Assembly (NCBI GenBank): GCA_963701025.1
Contig: OY969557.1
Coordinates: 737,953 to 801,952 of the forward strand
Source of the DNA: an uncultured bacterium
GTDB taxonomy: Bacteria > Patescibacteriota > Minisyncoccia > Phycocordibacterales > PALSA-1337
Length of the DNA stretch: 64,000 bases
Reading direction: 5' to 3'
Shown: positions 37,329 through 47,046 of the stretch, in pieces
How the letters are laid out: the number at the start of each line of letters is the position of its first letter
Position numbering within the stretch: position 1 is the stretch's first letter
The notes under the pieces: model-generated
Databases searched by the model: none
What the model was told of the DNA's origin: nothing
What the model saw: only the letters and a program-made list of their open reading frames with translations
Translations under genes and position numbers: made by a program

Positions 37329-40241
37329 ATGCGTACAAAACCTCTTGCGTGTTTCGCGATTGCGGTTATCGGAAGCTTGTCATTATTCACTGTCGTTCCA
37401 TGCGTGGCTCACGCCGAGACGCGCGTCGCCGGCGGCTATCTCCCGGATGACGCCGTCTGGACGGCGAGCTCGAGCCCTTATATCCTCGAGGATTCCGTGA
37501 CTGTGCCGTCGGGCGGCACGCTCACCATCGAACCCGGCGTGACGATCGACACCGCCGATCCGACCATAGACCCGAATTACGCGCCGGAAATATCCGTGAA
37601 CGGCTCTCTCATCATGAGCGGCGCTCCCGACGCGCATATAACCGTGAAGGGCATATGGGGAATAGCCGTCTCCCAAGCGACGGCGACCATCGCCTACGCT
37701 GATTTTTCAACTATTCAAGGATTGTATCTCAATAATGCTTATACGACAGTCTCAAGCTCTACATTTTCCGGCGCCTATCAGGCCATATACGTCCGGTCGG
37801 GCTCTCTCGACGTGGAAGGAAGCCGCATCGAAGGGAATACGTACGGTATATATGTAAAGAAATACATTCCAGTCTTCCAGGCGACGGCCGATCCTCGGCA
37901 TATCGCCTCCACGGACATTCATTTTGGCGCCCGCGATTTTGGCGCCGGCGTCTTTGACGCACGCGTCGCACTCGGGAATTCTCTGCCTCCCGCGGCCGTG
38001 ACGATCTCGAATTCTTCGCTCGCGGGCAATTCTTCCGCCGCCATAAATAATACGGAAACCGACCCGGCCGGAATAGTGCAAGCCGGCGGCAATTGGTGGG
38101 GAAGTCCTGACGGGCCGAATGGCATTGAAGGCCTAGTTGCTTACGAGCCGTGGCTCGACCATGACCCGACGCGTCTGCCGTCAAAACCACCCTGTTGTTC
38201 CAATATCCTTTTCCTTCCCGGCATCGAGTCGAGCCGGCTCTATCGCGACGAGAAAGGCATATTCGGTTCCGGCATCGGGCCGGGCACGAGCACGAACATG
38301 CTCTGGGAGCCGAACAGGAACGACGACGTGCGCAAACTGTTTCTGAATCCGGACGGTTCGAGCACCGATCCGACGGTATATTCCGGCGGGGCCATAGACA
38401 GCGCTTGGGGCTACGGCGTATACGGAAAATTCATGGGATTCCTCGACGGATTGGTGGCGCAAGGGAATATCAACGAATGGTTGCCGTTCGGCTATGATTG
38501 GCGCAAGCCCATAGCGGACGTGGTTGCGGGGCCCGAAAAGAAAGCCACGACGACGGTTTCGCTCATACAGACTCTCGAAGATCTGGCGGCGCGGTCGAAG
38601 ACGGGCAAAGTGACGCTCATCGCCCATTCGAACGGCGGTCTGGTGGCGAAATATCTGACCAAGACCTTGGCCGACATGGGAAAAGATGGTCTGATCGATT
38701 CGGTCATATCGGTGGCGGTGCCGTATCTCGGCACGCCGGAAGCCGTGGGCGGCATCCTCCACGGCGACGACGAAGCTCTCGCCGGCGGATGGCTTCTGAA
38801 ACAAAGCGTGGCCAGACAGCTCGGGCAAAATATGTCGAGCGCCTATTCGCTCCTGCCTTCAGCCATGTATTTCGCTGGCGCGGCCGCCGGTCCGGTCATC
38901 ACATTTTCATCGACGACTCCGCGAACCGTGAATAACGGTTCTTATCCGACTACGATCTCTTCTTTCTCTGGCGAATCCTCCTTTATGACCGACGCCAAGA
39001 ATATCCGATCCGCACCGGCGGCATCGGATACGGAAAGCCCGATAGAAGGAAATAAGGCCCTCATGGCTGGAGCCGGATCGCTCCACGACATGCTCGATCT
39101 TTTCTCCTGGCCGGCGCACATCGCTCGCTGGGCTATAGTGGGTTGGAATGCGTTGACGACGAAGGGCATTTCTTATCACGCGAGCAAAGCCGATCCCAGT
39201 CTTCCCGCGCACGATGCTATTCAAACGAATATGGGAGATGGCACGGTTGTCAGCCGGAGCGCCTCGTACGACGATGGGACGACGACATCGATCGATTTGC
39301 AACAGAGTGGAATAAAAGGAACCCTTCACGGCAACATATTGGAATCAGCAGCTACGCAAGGAATCGTTCGCGATTTATTGGAGGACAGTCCTGCCGCGGC
39401 AAAGGAACGGGCCATCGCTTCAATTCCCGGCGTGACCATAGGTCCCTTGGATTACAGCAAAGAGAGAACATACATAGTCATATCGACTCACTCGCCGATA
39501 CAGCCGCATGTATATGACGCGCAAGGCAATCATACGGGGGAAATACCGCCGCCGCCAGGCACGGAGCCTGGACTGTGGATCGGCCGTGAGCAGAATATTC
39601 CCGGCAGTTCATTCAGCATTCAGGCGCACGACAATGAAACAGACTATGACACTACTATATATGTCCCCGACGATGGCACGAAGTATTCGGTCGTCTTGAA
39701 CGGCACGGGCGTGGGCTCATTCACCTATGACGTCGAGCGCATCCGCGGCGGCGTGACGTTCGATCACGCCGAATACGCCGGTCTGCCGGTGACGCCGCTC
39801 ACCGTCGCCACGACGACCATCCAATTCTCTCCGACGGATATCCCGATGCCGCCGGGCGTTCCATTCGGTATCGCCTCTTCCACTTTCATGGCCACGATAC
39901 AACCGTTGTCTGTTGACGTAGACGGCGACGGCGCTCCTGACATAAAGGCCGTGCAAGGCAGTACGACTGATCAGATCACGTATTGGGAATCATTGAAGAG
40001 ATCTTGCGGCGCCATATTCGCTCCAGACAAACACGGCGCCATAGATCCGCATTGCAAAAGCATTTCCAGCCGCATCGATCATATCGAAGACTTGATCAAG
40101 AAGAAAAAATTCAAGAAGACTCACGATTTCGGCGAAAAAATAGGACAATACCTGAAGCATCGGCGTGCGAACAGCATGTCAGACGATGATAAACGGCAAA
40201 TGGGGGACATGTTGGATGAATATATCTCGCAGTATGAGTAA
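37329..40241 (+). CDS. Secreted 970-aa protein: signal peptide, right-handed beta-helix repeats, and an alpha/beta-hydrolase (lipase/PGAP1-like) domain
   Basis: A signal peptide, PbH1-like repeats ('NNAYTTVSSSTFSG...'), 'FLPGIESSRLY' and a nucleophile-elbow-like 'IAHSNGG'. The many overlapping antisense ORFs reflect the high GC content. Confidence 0.55.
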   Translation: MRTKPLACFAIAVIGSLSLFTVVPCVAHAETRVAGGYLPDDAVWTASSSPYILEDSVTVPSGGTLTIEPGVTIDTADPTIDPNYAPEISVNGSLIMSGAPDAHITVKGIWGIAVSQATATIAYADFSTIQGLYLNNAYTTVSSSTFSGAYQAIYVRSGSLDVEGSRIEGNTYGIYVKKYIPVFQATADPRHIASTDIHFGARDFGAGVFDARVALGNSLPPAAVTISNSSLAGNSSAAINNTETDPAGIVQAGGNWWGSPDGPNGIEGLVAYEPWLDHDPTRLPSKPPCCSNILFLPGIESSRLYRDEKGIFGSGIGPGTSTNMLWEPNRNDDVRKLFLNPDGSSTDPTVYSGGAIDSAWGYGVYGKFMGFLDGLVAQGNINEWLPFGYDWRKPIADVVAGPEKKATTTVSLIQTLEDLAARSKTGKVTLIAHSNGGLVAKYLTKTLADMGKDGLIDSVISVAVPYLGTPEAVGGILHGDDEALAGGWLLKQSVARQLGQNMSSAYSLLPSAMYFAGAAAGPVITFSSTTPRTVNNGSYPTTISSFSGESSFMTDAKNIRSAPAASDTESPIEGNKALMAGAGSLHDMLDLFSWPAHIARWAIVGWNALTTKGISYHASKADPSLPAHDAIQTNMGDGTVVSRSASYDDGTTTSIDLQQSGIKGTLHGNILESAATQGIVRDLLEDSPAAAKERAIASIPGVTIGPLDYSKERTYIVISTHSPIQPHVYDAQGNHTGEIPPPPGTEPGLWIGREQNIPGSSFSIQAHDNETDYDTTIYVPDDGTKYSVVLNGTGVGSFTYDVERIRGGVTFDHAEYAGLPVTPLTVATTTIQFSPTDIPMPPGVPFGIASSTFMATIQPLSVDVDGDGAPDIKAVQGSTTDQITYWESLKRSCGAIFAPDKHGAIDPHCKSISSRIDHIEDLIKKKKFKKTHDFGEKIGQYLKHRRANSMSDDDKRQMGDMLDEYISQYE

Positions 40242-40279
40242 TATTTTCGAAGCCGATAGATGGGTGTGAGCCGGTGGAC

Positions 40280-40299
40280 TTGACACGCATGGTATAATT
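40280..40299 (+). promoter_or_regulatory. Extended -10 promoter cassette TTGACACGCATGGTATAATT (copy 1)
   Basis: It carries a TGnTATAAT extended -10 and is identical over 20 nt to 44436-44455. Confidence 0.5.
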
Positions 40300-40313
40300 A
40301 CAAATATAAAACT

Positions 40314-40601
40314 ATGAATCTTATGAATTTATTGAACCTGATAAATGCCACTATAGTCATGTTGGGGATACCTACCATAGTGGCCGCGTCTATGTACTTG
40401 GGAAGAAAGCTTCAAGTGCTAGACAATCTCGTCTACACAGTCAATAATCAGATACTACCGAAACTTCAGGAAATAGAGCTAAGGCTGACCGAGGTCGAGA
40501 GAAAATTGACGGTAATGGGAAGTAAACTGGATATATTATGGAGCTGGTTCTCGCAGAACGTATTGCCTTCAGCGAAGCTTGACATTGCGTCAAAAGAATA
40601 A
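40314..40601 (+). CDS. Hypothetical small membrane-anchored coiled-coil protein
   Basis: A 95-aa ORF with an N-terminal TM segment followed by heptad-like repeats. Confidence 0.35.
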   Translation: MNLMNLLNLINATIVMLGIPTIVAASMYLGRKLQVLDNLVYTVNNQILPKLQEIELRLTEVERKLTVMGSKLDILWSWFSQNVLPSAKLDIASKE

Positions 40602-40726
40602 GCGTGTTAGCCTATCGGCAAGGCTCAAGACAGAAGGCGCGCCCCGATGTACATCGGGACAATAAGACCTTCCGAGGTACTCTATCTCAATCGTCAAGGC
40701 CTGATAAAGGTCGAAAAATAACACAA

Positions 40727-40795
40727 GGGTTTAGGGTGTAGGGTAGAGGGCGCAGTAAATTGTAGCCTACACCCTCTACCCTGAACCCTGCACCC
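40727..40795. repeat. G-tract palindromic repeat element (copy B), immediately upstream of rplJ
   Basis: GGGTTTAGGGTGTAGGGTAGAGGG ... CTACACCCTCTACCCTGAACCCTGCACCC. One arm has four G3 tracts; the other is C-rich. Confidence 0.6.
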
Positions 40796-40800
40796 TCACT

Positions 40801-41286
40801 ATGGCTCGCACAAAAGCACAGAAGAAAGAGGTCGTGGAGAAGCTCCAGACCATCATGAAGGGAGCGCAATCGCTCGTCTTCGTCAATGTCCACGGACTGA
40901 AAGTCGGAGATACGACCGTCATGCGCCGCAAGCTGAAAAGCGATGGCGTGGGGTTCTTCGTGGCCAAGAAGACCCTGACCGCGCTGGCTCTCGCCGACGG
41001 CAAGTACCAAGGCACCATGCCGGAGCTCTTGGGAGAGCTCGGCCTGGCCTATGGTGCCGACCTGGTGGCGCCGGCCCGTGGCATATATGAGTTCGAGAAG
41101 AAGCACAAAGGCCAGATCGCCATCGTAGGCGGAGTCTTTGAGTCGAAATACATGAGCAAAGAGGAGATGCTGGCCATCGCGGCCATACCTCCGCTCGCCA
41201 CGCTTCACGGCATGTTCGTCAATATCATCAATTCGCCGATCCAAGGCCTTGTTATGTGTTTAGATCAGATGAGCAGGAAAAAGTAA
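40801..41286 (+). CDS. rplJ: 50S ribosomal protein L10
   Basis: An L10 profile ('KAQKKEVVEKL...VFVNVHGLKVGDTTVMRRKL') followed directly by rplL. Confidence 0.85.
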   Translation: MARTKAQKKEVVEKLQTIMKGAQSLVFVNVHGLKVGDTTVMRRKLKSDGVGFFVAKKTLTALALADGKYQGTMPELLGELGLAYGADLVAPARGIYEFEKKHKGQIAIVGGVFESKYMSKEEMLAIAAIPPLATLHGMFVNIINSPIQGLVMCLDQMSRKK

Positions 41287-41350
41287 AGAATTGACCTAGT
41301 TTTTAATTAGTCTAATTAGGTCAATTAGAAATTATTAAATTATCACCACA

Positions 41351-41740
41351 ATGGAAAATACAACCATCGAAGTTCCAGCGAAGTTTAAATCAATCGTTGA
41401 GTCAATAGAAAAAATGCCGGTCATCGACCTTTCGGAGCTGGTCAAGCTCCTGGAGAAGAAGTTCGGCGTCTCGGCCCAGGCCGTCGCCGTGGCCGCCCCG
41501 GTAGCCGCCGGAGCCGCCGCGGACGAAAAGAGCGCCTTCGCCGTGCACTTGGCCGACGCCGGAGCCCAGAAGATCGCCGTCATCAAGGTGATCAAGGAAG
41601 TCCTCGGCCTAGGGCTTAAAGAAGCCAAGGACCTCGTCGACGGAGCCCCGGCCCTGATCAAGGATGGCGTCAAGAAAGAAGACGCGGAAGACATCAAGAA
41701 GAAAGTCGAAGCCGCAGGCGGGAAAGTCGAACTCAAATAA
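41351..41740 (+). CDS. rplL: 50S ribosomal protein L7/L12
   Basis: An Ala-rich hinge and the C-terminal '[26 protein letters not shown]...[12 protein letters not shown]'. Confidence 0.9.
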   Translation: MENTTIEVPAKFKSIVESIEKMPVIDLSELVKLLEKKFGVSAQAVAVAAPVAAGAAADEKSAFAVHLADAGAQKIAVIKVIKEVLGLGLKEAKDLVDGAPALIKDGVKKEDAEDIKKKVEAAGGKVELK

Positions 41741-41746
41741 TCTGGA

Positions 41747-42349
41747 GTGTGCTACAATCAACCTTGTAGTACCATCATGGAAACCCTGACAGCCCTCTTC
41801 GGCAGTGCCGCGAAAGTGAAATTGCTCCGTCTCTTCCTCTTCAACGGAGGGATGGCTTTTTCCGTGCGCGACATCGCTCGTCGCACCAAGGTGAAGGGCG
41901 GGGCCGTGGGTAAAGAATTGAATCTCCTGGTCAAAGCCGAGATCATCCGCAAGCGCCGCGGGCCGAAAGGCGCCACATACGCCTTGAACGACAAATTCCC
42001 GTACCTCGAGCCCCTGAAGAATCTGCTCACCGTCGTATCCATCCAGGCCGACGACTCGTTGGCCAAGCGCTTTAGCGGCGCCGGCAAGATCAAGCTGATA
42101 GTGGCCGCCGGGGTTTTCATCCAGAACTGGGATTCCCGGGTCGACCTGCTCATCGTCGGGGATGACCTGAACATACGCAAGATCGAGTCCGCCATCAAAG
42201 TCGTGGAATCCGAGATAGGCAAAGAAATAGCCTATTCGGCCTTTGAAACCCATGATTTTGAGTACCGCGTCGGCATCCATGACCGTCTGATCAGGGATAT
42301 CCTCGACTATCCCCATGTGGCCCTTTTGGACCGCTTGGGGGTGGTATAA
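41747..42349 (+). CDS. Putative winged-helix transcriptional regulator with a C-terminal domain. The start may be the internal Met at 41777.
   Basis: The N-terminal 'LLRLFLFNGGMAFSVRDIARRTKVKGGAVGKELNLLVKAEIIRKRRG' is ArsR/PadR-like wHTH. Confidence 0.4.
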   Translation: MCYNQPCSTIMETLTALFGSAAKVKLLRLFLFNGGMAFSVRDIARRTKVKGGAVGKELNLLVKAEIIRKRRGPKGATYALNDKFPYLEPLKNLLTVVSIQADDSLAKRFSGAGKIKLIVAAGVFIQNWDSRVDLLIVGDDLNIRKIESAIKVVESEIGKEIAYSAFETHDFEYRVGIHDRLIRDILDYPHVALLDRLGVV

Positions 42350-42394
42350 TAGGTCCGTTACAAAGAGTCGTTATTAATTAAGTCATAAATCATT

Positions 42395-43084
42395 ATGATG
42401 TTTATACAAAATTGGGGCGATGTCTTCACTCAATCGCTCCAGGGGGTATGGTACGGAGTGGCGAGCTTCGTGCCGGAACTGGTCATAGCTCTTATCATAT
42501 TCGCCATCGGCTGGGTCCTCGCCTCCCTCATCGAGAAGCTCGTCGAGAGCATTTTCAAGGCCCTTAGGATCGACGCCGCCCTACGGAGCGCCGGCATGGA
42601 AGATGTGGTCAAGCGCGCCGGCTATAACCTGAATTCCGGCATATTCGTCGGAGCCCTGGTCAAATGGTTCATCATCATCGTCTTTCTGATGGCCTCATTC
42701 GGCATCCTCGGCCTCAATCAGGTCAACGCCTTCCTCGGCGAAGTGGTCAACTACATCCCGCAGGTCATCGTCGCCGTCCTTATCCTGATGGTCTCGGTCC
42801 TGGTGGCGAGCGCCCTCCAGAAGCTGGTCATAGCGAGCGCCAAGGCCGGTCACGTCAAATCCGCGGAGCTCCTCGGCCGCGTGACCAAGTGGGCCATCTG
42901 GATCTTTGCCATCCTAACGGCTCTGATCACCCTCGGCATCGCACCTTCCTTGATCCAAATGCTCCTCACGGCCATCTTCGCCGGCGGCGCTTTGGCTCTC
43001 GGTCTCGCCTTCGGCCTCGGCGGCAAGGAAGTGGCGGCACGTCTTATCGAGAGGACCGCGCACGCAGTTTTGGAGAAGGAGTAA
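42395..43084 (+). CDS. Membrane protein with repeated TM-helix units (mechanosensitive-channel-associated 'TM_helix'-like)
   Basis: Four to five hydrophobic helices with repeated 'ALIIFAIGWVLASLIEKLV' and 'AIWIFAILTALITLGIAPSLIQ' units. Confidence 0.4.
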   Translation: MMFIQNWGDVFTQSLQGVWYGVASFVPELVIALIIFAIGWVLASLIEKLVESIFKALRIDAALRSAGMEDVVKRAGYNLNSGIFVGALVKWFIIIVFLMASFGILGLNQVNAFLGEVVNYIPQVIVAVLILMVSVLVASALQKLVIASAKAGHVKSAELLGRVTKWAIWIFAILTALITLGIAPSLIQMLLTAIFAGGALALGLAFGLGGKEVAARLIERTAHAVLEKE

Positions 43085-43157
43085 GGAGAAAGGAGAAAGG
43101 AGAAAGAAGCAGGAAGTTTTTCAATTGATCTAATTTCTAATTGGTCTAATTGACCTA

Positions 43158-43184
43158 AAGCGGCCCGAGAGGGCTGCTTTTGGT
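43158..43184 (+). terminator. Rho-independent terminator
   Basis: A gcggcccgagagggctgc hairpin followed by a TTTTGG run. Confidence 0.5.
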
Positions 43185-43225
43185 ATGGGGTTGAGACCTT
43201 ATAAAAGTGTTAGAATGATATTGTA

Positions 43226-44374
43226 ATGAAAAAACTTCTCGTGAATTTTGTCTACTATAATCCAGTCGGCCATGTGGCTGAGGCCTTAAAATATGCCAGG
43301 AGTTTCTATGAGGCCAATAAAAATTTAGAAGTGCACCTCGCTCTCAATAGTCAATCATCGACGGAGCTCGTACATGGGTGCTCGTGGGTTAAAAAGATGT
43401 ATTTGATCGATCCAAAGGAGATATTGAAAAAAGGAGATAAGGCCAATTGCTTGCGATCACTTCCCAAGAAGTGGGACTTTGTCGTCTATGATAATCGGGT
43501 TATGAATGATTATAAGACGCCTTTAGGGCTGGATAGATTTGAAGATGCGCTTTTCCGTTATTATAGATATTGTGATCAGTCATTGAAATCTCAAATTGGA
43601 AAAGCAACTCTTTTTCCACGGATCCTGCCTAGGGGTCTAAAATATAAGATTGATACAAGAGTTGACATAAAATTACCGGTATCAGCTACTAGATTCGCGA
43701 GGAGATTTAATTACTCTGGAAAGAAAATTTGTTTGATGCTAGGAGGCTCTGCCGGATACAGATATTATCCCTCGATAAAAAGCTGGTCTAAAATAGTGGG
43801 GGCGATTTTATCGGAATTTCCTGATTCGAGGATATATCTTACGGGTGTAACAAAAAAGATCAGAGGGAGGACGTATTCCAAAGCTTATTCGAAAAAGAAT
43901 ATCAATAGCTTGCTAAAAAGGTTCAAGAATAATATCGTTGATTGTTACGACATAGGACTTTGGAATCAGCTCGCTCTTGTCAAGAATTGTGATGTTTTTA
44001 TAGCGCCGCATACCGGTTTTGGAATGACAGTGTTATGCGTGGGAACCCCGTGGCTCGCTCTCTCAGGAGGTGATTGGGCTGAGGGATTATTCAACAAAGT
44101 GCCTTTCTACTCTGTTCTGCCTGATGATCGAGACTATCCATACTGTGGCGGGACGAAACTCTCAAAGCACACAGGTAGATTTTTCAGCAGGAATGGCAGA
44201 ATACCGTCTTATGAGTCCCATAGGTTAGAGAAGAAGATACCTGAAATAGTAAAAGCTACGGGTCTTTTGATTGGCGGGAGTCTTACGTATAAGAAGGCCC
44301 TGAAGATTCATTTTGACAAGATCAGACGCGCAAATATAAATAAAAAACTAATGCCGAAAAGACCATGGTATTGA
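43226..44374 (+). CDS. Glycosyltransferase family 9-like (heptosyltransferase-like) protein
   Basis: 'KKICLMLGGSAG' and 'CDVFIAPHTGFGMTVLCVGTPWLALSGG' resemble the GT9 C-terminal motifs. Confidence 0.45.
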   Translation: MKKLLVNFVYYNPVGHVAEALKYARSFYEANKNLEVHLALNSQSSTELVHGCSWVKKMYLIDPKEILKKGDKANCLRSLPKKWDFVVYDNRVMNDYKTPLGLDRFEDALFRYYRYCDQSLKSQIGKATLFPRILPRGLKYKIDTRVDIKLPVSATRFARRFNYSGKKICLMLGGSAGYRYYPSIKSWSKIVGAILSEFPDSRIYLTGVTKKIRGRTYSKAYSKKNINSLLKRFKNNIVDCYDIGLWNQLALVKNCDVFIAPHTGFGMTVLCVGTPWLALSGGDWAEGLFNKVPFYSVLPDDRDYPYCGGTKLSKHTGRFFSRNGRIPSYESHRLEKKIPEIVKATGLLIGGSLTYKKALKIHFDKIRRANINKKLMPKRPWY

Positions 44375-44435
44375 GTATCGGCAGTGATTATTTGTCTACA
44401 TCTTATCCATCTTTGAGATATAAAAGTCTATCTTA

Positions 44436-44455
44436 TTGACACGCATGGTATAATT
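44436..44455 (+). promoter_or_regulatory. Extended -10 promoter cassette TTGACACGCATGGTATAATT (copy 2)
   Basis: It is identical to 40280-40299 over 20 nt and sits 6 nt upstream of the 44462 ATG. Confidence 0.5.
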
Positions 44456-44461
44456 GCGGTT

Positions 44462-45292
44462 ATGAAAGAAAAAGCTATAGCCTTATTTGAAGGCCGTGAG
44501 ATACGCCGGCACTGGGACGCTGACAAGGAACTGTGGTATTTTTCCGTGGTTGATATCGTCCGTGCTCTGACGGGTAGTGAAGACGCACGGACTTACTGGA
44601 AAGTTCTCAAGCACCGGCTCATAGAAGAAGGGAGTAGTCAAACGGTTACAAATTGTAACCAGTTGAAATTAGAAGCCGAGGACGGCAAAATGCGCCTTAC
44701 TGACGTGGCCGATACGGAAACTATGCTTCGTTTGGTTCAGTCAATTCCATCTCCCAACGCCGAACCATTCAAGCTCTGGCTGGCTCGTGTCGGTTACGAA
44801 CGGCTAGAAGAAACGGCTGATCCGGAATTGGCCATCAATCGCGCGCTCAAAACATATTTGAGGAAAGGATATACTCCAGAATGGATCAATCAAAGGTTAA
44901 AGAGCATTGAAATCAGAAAAAATCTTACTGATGAATGGGAAAAACGAGGAGTTAAACAAGGACGAGAATTCGCGATCTTAACTGACGAGATCACTCAAGC
45001 TTGGGCTGGACTTACAACCAAAGAATACAAAAATTTTAAGGATCTCAAGAAAGAAAATCTTCGAGATAACATGACCAACTTGGAATTGGTCCTGAACATG
45101 CTAGCTGAAACCGCAACGACAGAAATATCTGACAAGCGCGAGCCAAAGGATTTTCATGAGAATAAGCAAGTTGCTCAAGAAGGGGGAACTATTGCCGGGA
45201 ATGCCCGCAGAGAGATTGAATCAAAAACCGGGAAGAAGGCTATTAGCGGTTACAATTTTAGAAAAGAGCAGGAAAAAAAGAGGTTGAATTAG
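44462..45292 (+). CDS. Bro-N domain / DNA-damage-inducible protein D (DinD)-like protein
   Basis: The N-terminal 'IRRHWDADKELWYFSVVDIVRAL...ARTYWKVLK' resembles the Bro-N/KilA-N-related fold seen in DinD and phage antirepressor-like proteins. Confidence 0.5.
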   Translation: MKEKAIALFEGREIRRHWDADKELWYFSVVDIVRALTGSEDARTYWKVLKHRLIEEGSSQTVTNCNQLKLEAEDGKMRLTDVADTETMLRLVQSIPSPNAEPFKLWLARVGYERLEETADPELAINRALKTYLRKGYTPEWINQRLKSIEIRKNLTDEWEKRGVKQGREFAILTDEITQAWAGLTTKEYKNFKDLKKENLRDNMTNLELVLNMLAETATTEISDKREPKDFHENKQVAQEGGTIAGNARREIESKTGKKAISGYNFRKEQEKKRLN

Positions 45293-45519
45293 TGTTCGGG
45301 AATTGTCGACATCTGGAACTCGGTTCATTTCCACCATTTGAACCGAGTTGGTGGCATGACCTTGGGCCGCTGTCCCCAGGCTATCCCCAACAGGGCATAT
45401 ACGCCCAACCCATTGACTTTATTCCGGCTTCATATATACTAGCCTGCACACAGAATGATTATGAAAAGCCTTAATTTCCCACAGCGGCCATAGCCATACC
45501 CCAGCGATGGAGTGTTGCT

Positions 45520-45552
45520 CGTGCCGCTCAACGAAGCGGTTTTTCTTTTTTC
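45520..45552 (+). terminator. Rho-independent terminator after the DinD-like gene
   Basis: A ccgctcaacgaagcgg hairpin followed by tttttcttttttcc. Confidence 0.5.
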
Positions 45553-46241
45553 CGGCGAGAATCGGAATATCCCGGACGATCGCAGATTTACAATCTCATA
45601 CCTCAAAGTAATGCAAGCAATGTAGGTAATTTTCTCGCAAGAGAAAATAAAAGTGATATTAAGTAGCGGTTCTTAGATTTCCTGATGGGAAATTAAGGGC
45701 GTATGGTGGATGCCTTGGCTAGAAAAAGCGATGAAGGACGCGGCGTGGCGGCGATACGCTTCGGGGAGGTGCCGAGCAACCTTTGATCCGAAGATGTCCG
45801 AATGGGGAAACCCCGTCGAGCGAACCTCGACGACCTTTCCAGTTACTCTGGTAAGGAGCGTACCCTGGGAAGTAAAACATTTCAGTACCAGGAGGAATAG
45901 AAACAAACATGCATTCCGTCAGTAGCGGCGAGCGAACGCGGAGGAGACTAAACTTATCCAAAATCGTAGGGCGAATTCCGCCTTACGGCCGTTTATTCGG
46001 TTGGAAGCGGAAACGCTTTGCGATTTTGGATGAGGGTTGCAAGGTGAGGACGTGCCATTTATGGCAGAGAAGTCAAAAAATCTTTCATTAACCGAACGAT
46101 CTGGAAAGATCGGCCCTAGAGGGTGATAGCCCCTTAGGTGAAAATAGAAGATCTTCTTTGTTCTCATTCTTAAGTACCCCGGGAAACGAATAGCTCGGGG
46201 GAATCCGCCGGAACTAACCGGCAAGTCTAAATATTTTTCTA

Positions 46242-46281
<40 letters not shown>

Positions 46282-47046
46282 CAGCCCGAAAGGGCGGTGA
46301 AATAGACCTGAAACCATATGCCTACAAGGAGTCAGAGCGGGCGGAACAAAGGTATACAAGTCGCAAGTAGCAAGAGGAACAAGTTTTCTACTGTTCTTCC
46401 TGTCACTTGTCGCTTGCTACTTTTTTTCCGTCCGTCATGGCGTGCCTATTGAAGAATGAGCCAACGAGTTTTAGCAAGCTGCTCGACTAAGCCCGAGAGG
46501 GCGGAGTCACAGGGAAACCGAGTCTGAACAGGGCGCTCGTAGTTTGCTAAAGACCCGAAGCCAGATGAGCTTGCCACGCGCAGGGTGAAGTTCGCCGAAA
46601 GGCGGATGGAGGCCCGAACCGGTGAGCCGTGCAAAACTCTCGGATGACGTGTGGTAAGGAGTGATAAGCTAATCGAATCTGGTAATAGCTGGTTCTCTCC
46701 GAAAGAACTTTTGGGTTCGCGTCGCGATGTACCCCTGCGGGGTAGAGCACTGGAAGGTCTCGAACGGGCGAAAGCTCACGAGACCTATCAAACTCCGAAT
46801 ACGCAGGGTCATTATGCGGCAGTTAGTCTGTGGGGGCTAAGCTCCATTGGACAAAAGGGAAACAGCCCGGATCTCAATTTAAGGTCCCTAAATCGACATT
46901 AAGTGCGCGTAAGGTGGTGGAATTTCTCCGACAATGAGGATGTAGGCTTAGAAGCAGCCATCATTCAAAAATAGCGTAACAGCTTACTCATCGAGAAATT
47001 CCGCGCCGCAGATAATCGGGGCTCAAATGTCGTACCGAAACTGAGG

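Noticed and set aside
37383-39956. Numerous antisense and alternative-frame ORFs (37383..37676, 37752..38190, 38181..38828, 38498..38935, 38907..39329, 39143..39517 and others)
   Set aside because: They overlap the 970-aa secreted protein gene, whose sense frame carries coherent domain signatures. They are Arg/Gly/Pro-rich and typical of spurious frames in GC-rich coding DNA.
43085-43115. The tandem GGAGAAA x3 (aaggagaaaggagaaaggagaaagaag) as a functional repeat
   Set aside because: It is a short purine-rich run at a gene end, directly after a stop codon. It is most simply a Shine-Dalgarno-like low-complexity tract, not an element in its own right.
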